From an uncultured Alphaproteobacteria bacterium (lineage in GTDB: Bacteria > Pseudomonadota > Alphaproteobacteria > HIMB59 > GCA-002718135), in the NCBI GenBank assembly GCA_902514875.1, contig CABXSY010000004.1, positions 16,890 through 80,889 of the forward strand: a DNA stretch of 64,000 bases. Reading direction: 5' to 3'. Made by a program: the position numbers and the translations under genes. Positions 9,171 to 16,273 of the stretch are shown here, one piece after another (the first letter of the stretch is position 1; each line of letters begins with the position of its first letter). The notes under the pieces are model-generated. The model was not told where the DNA came from and searched no databases. It saw nothing but the letters and a program-made list of their open reading frames with translations.

Positions 9171-10522
9171 ATAAAGAGCAAGCGAACACGTACCTCCGAC
9201 ACTTCTACGACAGTCGAGCTTTATTTTAACTCTAGTAAAAATATTAATTGATTAAATTTAGAAATCTTTTTCTAATGATCTTGGGCCTAATATGTCTTCG
9301 TAGAGTCCATTAAAGTACATTAATTGTAATTTAGTATAAGCATCAATTTGATTATTATAAGTACCTGTAGATTTTATAATATCTAGATACCCTGAGGTTT
9401 CAGAATTAAATGATTCAGAAGCAGCTGACCAAATTTCTTCATCATTTATATTATTAGAGGATTTAATTTTATTTTCTATTTCTCTCATTTGTTTTTTTAT
9501 ATCTGACATTTTTGAATAGGTTATATATTGAATTGCATAGTCTTTTCTTGCTTCATATAATTCACGAATTATTAAATAAGTTTTATAAGAATTAAAAAGT
9601 TGACCATAAGCTGAATTATTAAATTCTTCAGCTTCTTTGTAAGCTCTCTCTTGTTCTAGTCTTTGTTTTTCAGCAAGTTCTTTTTCATATTTCTCTCTTT
9701 CAATTCTTTCTTTTTTAATTCTTTCTTCCTCAGCCTTTTTTTCAGCTAATAATCTTCTCTCTTCTTCCTCTTTAGCTTTTCTTTCCTCTTCTATTTTTGC
9801 AATAAGTATTTCCCTTTGTTCTGTATAAGTTAAATTAGTTTTTAGATTTGAGTAACCTATTATCTCCAATTCAGTTAAAAACTTATGACAAATTGGGTTC
9901 ATTTCATTGTGGCAATCCTGCAGACCCTGCTGGTAAAAAACTACTTTATAGAAATATTGATCAGAGTAAAAATTTGATCCTTCAAATCCAAACTTTAGTA
10001 AATATTCCTCTGTATTATTTTCACCAGCTAAGATCTTAAAAGTAGATTCGTAAGGTGTGTTTTGATATTCCCATTGAAGAACCTCTTGTTCGCACGTAGC
10101 TAAATTAGTAGAAATTAAATCTCCATTATCCTTAAAAATTAATTCATTTTGTCCATTATTTTCAAAGTTATTAGTAACAATACCAAAGTTTTTTAGAATA
10201 CTCTCTAGTTCTGATAAATATTTTTCAGGTCCTATCATATTATAATATTCATCAGTTTCATTGTAAAAAGTAATATTTTTTTTAGTACCGCAAATATTTT
10301 TATTAGCTAAAGAATTAGAAGAAAAAAAAATAATAAATATAAAGCTAATTGTTATTCTTATCATAAAAACGAATTATAAATCTTAATATGCATTTCTGCA
10401 ATTTTTAAGATATAATTAAATTAAGCACTTTATTTAACCGACACCTCTCCGACAGTTCAAATTAAAAATAATTAAATTAGAAGCAAAATATCATTGAATT
10501 ATCTTCGCTCAATTGTACATGA
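9171..10522. mobile_element. Putative remnant of a tRNA-Gly-integrated element (att-bracketed 1.35-kb insert, no integrase)
   Basis: Bounded by a perfect 50-nt direct repeat, 9121-9170 (inside the tRNA) and 10523-10572. Contains one ORF. Confidence 0.45.
9258..10364 (-). CDS. Hypothetical secreted protein with a central highly charged E/K/R coiled-coil
   Basis: Signal-peptide-like N-terminus (ISFIFIIFFSSNSLA), 4 Cys in the N-domain, ~60-aa EERKAKEEEERRLLAEKKAEEERIKKERIEREKYEKELAEKQRLEQER helix. No family recognised. Confidence 0.6.
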   Translation of the reverse strand: MIRITISFIFIIFFSSNSLANKNICGTKKNITFYNETDEYYNMIGPEKYLSELESILKNFGIVTNNFENNGQNELIFKDNGDLISTNLATCEQEVLQWEYQNTPYESTFKILAGENNTEEYLLKFGFEGSNFYSDQYFYKVVFYQQGLQDCHNEMNPICHKFLTELEIIGYSNLKTNLTYTEQREILIAKIEEERKAKEEEERRLLAEKKAEEERIKKERIEREKYEKELAEKQRLEQERAYKEAEEFNNSAYGQLFNSYKTYLIIRELYEARKDYAIQYITYSKMSDIKKQMREIENKIKSSNNINDEEIWSAASESFNSETSGYLDIIKSTGTYNNQIDAYTKLQLMYFNGLYEDILGPRSLEKDF

Positions 10523-10572
10523 CAACCTTGCCAAGGTTGAAGTCGAGGGTTCGAATCCCTTCGCCCGCTCCA
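10523..10572 (+). repeat. Orphan copy of the 3' half of tRNA-Gly(GCC) (anticodon stem through CCA); att-like direct repeat
   Basis: 50/50 identity to 9121-9170. The 25 nt upstream match the tRNA 5' half at only 12/25 positions, so it is not a functional tRNA. Confidence 0.9.
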
Positions 10573-10688
10573 AATTCGAGATCGATTTAAGGATAACGCC
10601 CAACATAGGTACAAGTTTAGTTATTATATTTAATATTATAAAAAATATAGTTTAATAACTTCAATATTATTATAACCATTAATAAGCC

Positions 10689-11480
10689 ATGAAGACTTTA
10701 TTTTTTAAAATATTTTATATCATAAGAAAATTACCATTACTTAAAAGACTATCTAACTCTCTTTTAAGAAGAATTCTTTTTAAGATTAACAAAGATAAAT
10801 TTTGTTATAGTTTTAAAGATGTAAAATTTTTTTTGAACATTAGAGATTCAATAGATAGAGAATTATTTATGAATGGTTATTATGAGGAAAAACAACTTAA
10901 TATACTTTCGAAAAGTATAAAAAAATATTCAATTAATAATTTTATAGATATTGGATCAAATATAGGAATTTATTCTATTTTGATGGCTAAAAATCATTCT
11001 AATTTAACTATATACGCATTTGAACCTCACAAAGACGCTTTTAAAAGATTAAAAAAAAATGTGAATTTAAATGATTTTAGCAATAAAATTTACTTATATG
11101 ATTATGCGCTATCAAGTAAAGATGGAGAAAGTTTCCTTGAAACGAAAAATAGATTTGGACTTAGTCAATCTGGGGGGGCTAAAATCAGTGATAATGGGAA
11201 TATAAAAATAAAATATAAAACTGGGGATGATTTAATAAAAATTAAAAATGAAAATATTGCTATAAAAATTGACACGGAAGGTCATGAACTATTTGTTCTC
11301 CATGGCATAAAAAATTTACTTGTTTATAATAAAATCTTTTTGCAAATAGAAATCTTTCCACAGAACATAACTGTTGTAACTCAATTTTTAAATAATTTAG
11401 GGTTTAAATTAATAACCAAAAGTCAATTTACTCATCAAAAAGATATTTTAGACTATTTTTTCGAAAAAAATTTTTCTTAA
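10689..11480 (+). CDS. FkbM-family SAM-dependent methyltransferase
   Basis: IDIGSNIGIYSI, AFEPHKDAFKRLKKNVNLN, IKIDTEGHELFVLHG. Confidence 0.8.
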   Translation: MKTLFFKIFYIIRKLPLLKRLSNSLLRRILFKINKDKFCYSFKDVKFFLNIRDSIDRELFMNGYYEEKQLNILSKSIKKYSINNFIDIGSNIGIYSILMAKNHSNLTIYAFEPHKDAFKRLKKNVNLNDFSNKIYLYDYALSSKDGESFLETKNRFGLSQSGGAKISDNGNIKIKYKTGDDLIKIKNENIAIKIDTEGHELFVLHGIKNLLVYNKIFLQIEIFPQNITVVTQFLNNLGFKLITKSQFTHQKDILDYFFEKNFS

Positions 11481-11585
11481 ACATTGTCTTCTAAGCTATA
11501 AACTTTAGTTTTTGATTAAAAGAAATTATAATATAAATTTAAATATACTATAATATCCTTGTAATTTACGTATATTAATAAATTC

Positions 11586-12392
11586 ATGTTCATAAATAAA
11601 AACATAGACGCTGATAGATTAAAAAACGAAACTAATAATAAGCCAAGTAAGAAGATACCAGTTTCAGGAATTTTTAGAGTAAAAACAAAAAATACAAGCT
11701 TTGATATGTTGGTGGTTAATAGCGATGACACGTCCATATCTGATAGATTTTGGGATGAAAATTATTTTGATTACAGCCTCGAGAAATGGTGTGAATGGTG
11801 CAAGCAAGAAGGTATATATATAGATGTTGGAGCTCACACTGGTTTTTATACTATATCAGCTTTAGTATGTAACAGTAAAAATCATATTATTTCTATAGAA
11901 CCATTCCCTTTAAATTTTCATAGAATAATAACAAATTTAAGATTAAACAATTTTAATAACAAAAATGCAACTTTATTCAATGTTGCAGTATCAAATACTG
12001 ATAAGGAAGTTAAGTTCGATAATAATACATCCCAATATTGGTCTTATTTATCTAAAGGTGGAAAAATAAGTGATAAAGGAAAAGATATTAAAGCAATTAA
12101 GCTAGACAGCATAAATTTTATAAATAACAAAATTGATTTGAAAGGAATCAAAATAGATACTGAGGGTGAAGATCTAAATGTTATTTTTGGAGCTGAAAAA
12201 ATGATTGAGAGTTACAAGCCAAAAATTATAATAGAATGCAGAAAAAACAATATTTTAGACATACTAAAATATTTATCTAAATTTGGTTATAAAAAGATTT
12301 ATGATGAATATGGTAATCGAATAGGTGAAGAAAAATTAGTTTATTTCAATGATGGAGAAAACTCAAAAAACCTATTTTTTGAAATATCGTAG
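11586..12392 (+). CDS. FkbM-family SAM-dependent methyltransferase (divergent paralogue)
   Basis: IDVGAHTGFYTI, SIEPFPLNFHRIITNLRLN, IKIDTEGEDLNVIFG. Confidence 0.8.
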   Translation: MFINKNIDADRLKNETNNKPSKKIPVSGIFRVKTKNTSFDMLVVNSDDTSISDRFWDENYFDYSLEKWCEWCKQEGIYIDVGAHTGFYTISALVCNSKNHIISIEPFPLNFHRIITNLRLNNFNNKNATLFNVAVSNTDKEVKFDNNTSQYWSYLSKGGKISDKGKDIKAIKLDSINFINNKIDLKGIKIDTEGEDLNVIFGAEKMIESYKPKIIIECRKNNILDILKYLSKFGYKKIYDEYGNRIGEEKLVYFNDGENSKNLFFEIS

Positions 12393-12404
12393 ACATACTT
12401 TATC

Positions 12405-12980
12405 TTATTCATTAAAATATATATACTGGTTTATATTTGGGTATTTCTGTTTAAATTCTAAAAAAATTTTTTTCCATTCTTCCTGATCCTTCAAAGAGAG
12501 ATGTATATTTTTACCATCTTCAAAATATTTAGAAGCTGGCATTGTTGCTATAACCACAAAAATAAATTTATTTGATAATTTAAATAATTCCTCAATAAAA
12601 TTTAGTACGTCCTCTTCAGGAATGTGTTCAACTACATCAGTACAAATTATACCATCATACTTTTTTTGTGGATACGTAGAGTATTCTTCCAGCCCAGGAT
12701 CATACAAATAAATATTTTCTATATCCCAAAAAGAACCCAGGTTTGTAAATTCTTTATCCCCAATCCTAAGTTTATTTTTATATAAAAATGCTTTTCCACA
12801 TCCGAAATCTAATAATGAATTGCAATTATTCATTTTAATTATGTCTCGTATCTTTACTACCCATTTAGTAAGAGAATAACCTAAAAAAGTACGCGGCCCC
12901 GGAAGTTTTTTAGTACCATTTTCATGAAAGTCTTTATATTTTTTTATAACATCATAATAGTATTTAGAAAACTCATTCAT
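12405..12980 (-). CDS. Class I SAM-dependent methyltransferase
   Basis: LLDFGCGKAF motif I and DGIICTDVVEHIPEED motif. Confidence 0.75.
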   Translation of the reverse strand: MNEFSKYYYDVIKKYKDFHENGTKKLPGPRTFLGYSLTKWVVKIRDIIKMNNCNSLLDFGCGKAFLYKNKLRIGDKEFTNLGSFWDIENIYLYDPGLEEYSTYPQKKYDGIICTDVVEHIPEEDVLNFIEELFKLSNKFIFVVIATMPASKYFEDGKNIHLSLKDQEEWKKIFLEFKQKYPNINQYIYFNE

Positions 12981-13168
12981 AATTATTTATTATAACAAGT
13001 TAAATCAATTATATATATAAATCTAATTAATAAATATAAAAAAAACCCAACATAACATCTTTTAATTCAGCATTTGTCGCTAATATTTTCAATTTAAAAT
13101 ATGATGATAGAAGAAGCTTCAAAAGGAGCAAATTTATTATTATAAGTTTCATAATAATAATAAATTCA

Positions 13169-13930
13169 ATGGAAAAACCTATTGTAGTCTATACTGATCA
13201 TATAATTAATAAAACTTTGTGTTATCATTTTGCAAAGGGATCAGATTCACTTTTATGCCATGTTAGTAAATTTAAAGATTTTAACAAATCAATTGCCACA
13301 TATGGTGTTCTTAGGGGTACTCTTGAAGTTATTAGGAATGTTAAAAATTATTATTACATGGACCATGGTTATTTCAATCAATCAAAAAGATCTTTTGAAA
13401 ATAATCGCACTAATGTAATTAATTTAGATGGATATTTCAGAATAGTTCATAATAATTTTATTCATAATGGCGTTGGTAAATTTCCAGACGATAGATTAAA
13501 AAAGCTTAACCTTGAAATACTTGAGCAAAAGAAAAACGGTAGTTACATTATTTTGTCTGAACCCTCAGATGCAATGAAAAAAGTTTATAATGTTCCAACT
13601 TGGGCAGAAGATACAATAAAACTAGTAAAAAGGTATACGGATAGAAAAATTATATTGCATAATAAATTTTCTAAAGACCCTTTAAAAATTTTATTAAAAG
13701 ATGCATGGGCTTTTATTAGTTTGCAATCTACAGCAGGTTTTATGGCAATGTTAAACGGTGTTCCTTCATACTTTACTGATCCATCACTTAAAAATATAAG
13801 TAAAATAAAAGATATTGAAGACCCAATAATTGACTATAATATATTTAACAGTTTAGCTTATGGCCAGTGGACACTAAAAGAGATGGAATCTGGTGAAGCT
13901 TGGGAAACTATTTCTAAGAATAAAGATTAA
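13169..13930 (+). CDS. Hypothetical protein (possibly glycosyltransferase-like C-terminal half)
   Basis: Long ORF with coding-like composition. ISLQSTAGFMAMLNGVPSY resembles a GT-B donor-binding segment. No firm family assignment. Confidence 0.5.
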   Translation: MEKPIVVYTDHIINKTLCYHFAKGSDSLLCHVSKFKDFNKSIATYGVLRGTLEVIRNVKNYYYMDHGYFNQSKRSFENNRTNVINLDGYFRIVHNNFIHNGVGKFPDDRLKKLNLEILEQKKNGSYIILSEPSDAMKKVYNVPTWAEDTIKLVKRYTDRKIILHNKFSKDPLKILLKDAWAFISLQSTAGFMAMLNGVPSYFTDPSLKNISKIKDIEDPIIDYNIFNSLAYGQWTLKEMESGEAWETISKNKD

Positions 13931-13940
13931 AAAAAAATGT

Positions 13941-14543
13941 TTAATTTGATTTGTTTTGAATTGTAATATTGAAGCTTATTACAATTCTTTCTTCATTAGA
14001 AAGATTTTCATTTACTGAGTGATCAAGATAGCTTGGAAATAATACTAAAGCACCTTCTTTTGGACTTATTCCATTTACTTGAGCATTAAGCAAATTAGGT
14101 TTCTGTGCTTTTGGATATGTATAAACAGGTGCTGGCCTTGGATCATAAAAAACAATATTTCCTGAGTTCTTTGGAGCACGAACATAATATGCTCCACTTA
14201 TTGTGCTATTACCATGTTGGTGTCTTAAATTTGCAGAACCTCCTGTATTTATTATTGCCCACATATTATTTATATTGATTGATTGTTTTTGTTTTTCCCA
14301 ATTCATATCAGTGATTACTTGCTCAATAGCTGGCAATATAAATTTTATAAAATTTTTAGGTTCATTTTCTTGCATATTAAAGTCTTTTGAATGCCAACCT
14401 TTAATATTACTTTTACTAATTCCTTGCTGATCTTTTGATTGAGTAATTTTAATAAATTTATACATTTGTTTGTTAATTGACTGATAATCACTTAATTGAA
14501 GTGTCCAAACAGGTGTGGGGAAAAAAAGATTTGGTTTGTTCAT
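13941..14543 (-). CDS. 2OG-Fe(II) oxygenase superfamily protein (TIGR02466/2OG-FeII_Oxy_5-like)
   Basis: FPTPVW N-terminus, HQHGNSTISGAYYV, LVLFPSYLDHSVNEN His/Asp-His facial-triad context. Confidence 0.75.
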   Translation of the reverse strand: MNKPNLFFPTPVWTLQLSDYQSINKQMYKFIKITQSKDQQGISKSNIKGWHSKDFNMQENEPKNFIKFILPAIEQVITDMNWEKQKQSININNMWAIINTGGSANLRHQHGNSTISGAYYVRAPKNSGNIVFYDPRPAPVYTYPKAQKPNLLNAQVNGISPKEGALVLFPSYLDHSVNENLSNEERIVISFNITIQNKSN

Positions 14544-14614
14544 AAATTATTTCTATATCAATTTATTACTTCAGTAAACTAGTCTAATTGAATCTATTAA
14601 AATAATCAATTTTC

Positions 14615-14770
14615 TTAATTCTTTTTGGAACGAAAATATTTTTTTATTAAATCTATTGTCTTATTTACTCTCCATTCGTAGAAATAGAATCTTTTCCTCC
14701 CAGATGCAATTTTCGGATTATCCTTAATCAGGGTTTTTATGTAATCTGGAATTTTATATCTGTTACTCAA
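14615..14770 (-). CDS. Possible small basic protein (51 aa, TTG start overlapping the purH stop as TTGA)
   Basis: Own translation: (M)SNRYKIPDYIKTLIKDNPKIASGRKRFYFYEWRVNKTIDLIKKYFRSKKN. 52 stop-free codons in a locally GC-richer stretch. No homology recognised. Confidence 0.25.
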   Translation of the reverse strand: MSNRYKIPDYIKTLIKDNPKIASGRKRFYFYEWRVNKTIDLIKKYFRSKKN

Positions 14771-15684
14771 TGTTTGAAAAGTCTATTTTTAATAAAATAC
14801 AATGAAATTTTATTTTCTATAGAATAAGAAATTATTTTTTTATCATTTATTGAACCTTTTGGCTGTGCTATAATATTACAACCTTTTTTATTAAGTAATC
14901 TTATACTATCTGTGAATGGGAAAAAACCATCAGAAGCACAAACAAATTGTTTTTTTTTAAAATATTTATTCATATTTTTTATTGCAAAATTAAGTGCATC
15001 AAATCTGTTTGTTTGGCCATGACCCAGCCCTACAGTTTGTTTATTTCTTGAAAGTACTACAGCGTTTGATTTTAAGTGTTTAGCCACTTTGAGTGAAAAT
15101 ATTAAATCATCAATCAATTTTGACGATGCTTTTTTAACTGAAGCTAAATTAAGAAACTTTTTATTAATAGGTGTCAAGTCTTTGGTTTGATACAAATCAC
15201 CAAAAAGAGTAGATTTATATTCAATATTTTGTTTTTTAATTTTCGGTATTTTTAATAAAATTAATTTTTTCTTTTGTTTTAAAATATTTAATGCATTTTT
15301 ATCAAAATCAGGTGAAACAACCATTTCATAAAATTTTTTATGTATTTTTTTTGCTAATTGTAAATCTACTTTTCTATTTAAAAAAATTATTCCCCCAAAA
15401 GCACTTTTAGGGTCGCTATTATAAGATTTAATAAAAGCACTTGTAATATTATTAGATGAAGCAACACCACAAGGATTTGTATGTTTAACAATTATTGATG
15501 TAGGTTCCCTAAACTCTTCTAAGCATTTTAGACCACTATCAAGATCAATTAAATTATTATAACTTATAATTTTTCCACTCAGTTGAAAATTAAAAATAGA
15601 ACTTTTTTGTTTGTTAATTAAGTATGCTTTTTGATTTGGATTTTCACCATATCTTAGTATAACTTTTTTATTTTTGGTTTTCAT
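14767..15684 (-). CDS. purH: AICAR formyltransferase domain of PurH (separate ORF)
   Basis: LRYGENPNQKAY near the N-terminus, C-terminal ..RLFKH as in PurH. In a different frame from the upstream IMP cyclohydrolase ORF. Confidence 0.88.
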   Translation of the reverse strand: MKTKNKKVILRYGENPNQKAYLINKQKSSIFNFQLSGKIISYNNLIDLDSGLKCLEEFREPTSIIVKHTNPCGVASSNNITSAFIKSYNSDPKSAFGGIIFLNRKVDLQLAKKIHKKFYEMVVSPDFDKNALNILKQKKKLILLKIPKIKKQNIEYKSTLFGDLYQTKDLTPINKKFLNLASVKKASSKLIDDLIFSLKVAKHLKSNAVVLSRNKQTVGLGHGQTNRFDALNFAIKNMNKYFKKKQFVCASDGFFPFTDSIRLLNKKGCNIIAQPKGSINDKKIISYSIENKISLYFIKNRLFKH

Positions 15685-16273
15685 CTAACCAATCAGAAAT
15701 TAATTTATCATAACTAGAAGTACCTTTAAAAATTTTATAAGCCATTTTTTTTCTAAAAGAAAGGTCAGTAACCCCATTATTTTTTTTTAAATTACTAATA
15801 AGTTTCTTATAGTCCTTAACATCCATAATGGGAGTAATATATCTAAAGTTCTTACCAGATGCTCTAAGTAGACTTGGGCCGCCAATGTCAATCATTTCTA
15901 TTTTATCATTAATATCTTTTCTTTTTAAGTATTTATGAAAAGGATATAAATTTACGATAATAATATCAATTTCAGGAATTTTTAATGATAGAAATTGTTT
16001 TTTATGAAATCCATTTTCTCGTTTATAAAGAAGAGAGCTATATATTAATGGATTTATTGTTTTAACTCTTCCATCAAACATTTCTTTATATTTAGTAATT
16101 TTAGAAACATCCTTACATTTAAAACCCATATCTCTTATTTTTTCACCAGTTGACCCAGTTGAAATAAATTTATAATTATATTTACTTAGATTAGCACAAA
16201 GATATCGTAAATTTTTTTTGTCAAATACTGATATTAGAGCATATTTCTGTTTTAAATTTTTTGTAATGACCAT
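15668..16273 (-). CDS. purH: IMP cyclohydrolase (MGS-like) domain of PurH (separate ORF)
   Basis: ALISVFDKKNL, STGSTG, FDGRVKTINP, VNLYPF, IDIGGPSLLRA. Confidence 0.88.
   Translation of the reverse strand: MVITKNLKQKYALISVFDKKNLRYLCANLSKYNYKFISTGSTGEKIRDMGFKCKDVSKITKYKEMFDGRVKTINPLIYSSLLYKRENGFHKKQFLSLKIPEIDIIIVNLYPFHKYLKRKDINDKIEMIDIGGPSLLRASGKNFRYITPIMDVKDYKKLISNLKKNNGVTDLSFRKKMAYKIFKGTSSYDKLISDWLDENQK

Noticed and set aside
10498-10572. Second complete tRNA-Gly gene or pseudogene
   Set aside because: Only the 3' 50 nt are identical. The upstream 25 nt cannot form an acceptor or D arm (12/25 matches), so I treat it as an att-type fragment rather than a tRNA.
11516-11737. 73-aa minus-strand ORF between the two FkbM genes
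   Set aside because: It overlaps the 5' end of the second FkbM gene in antisense. Its hydrophobic low-complexity sequence is expected from AT-rich DNA.
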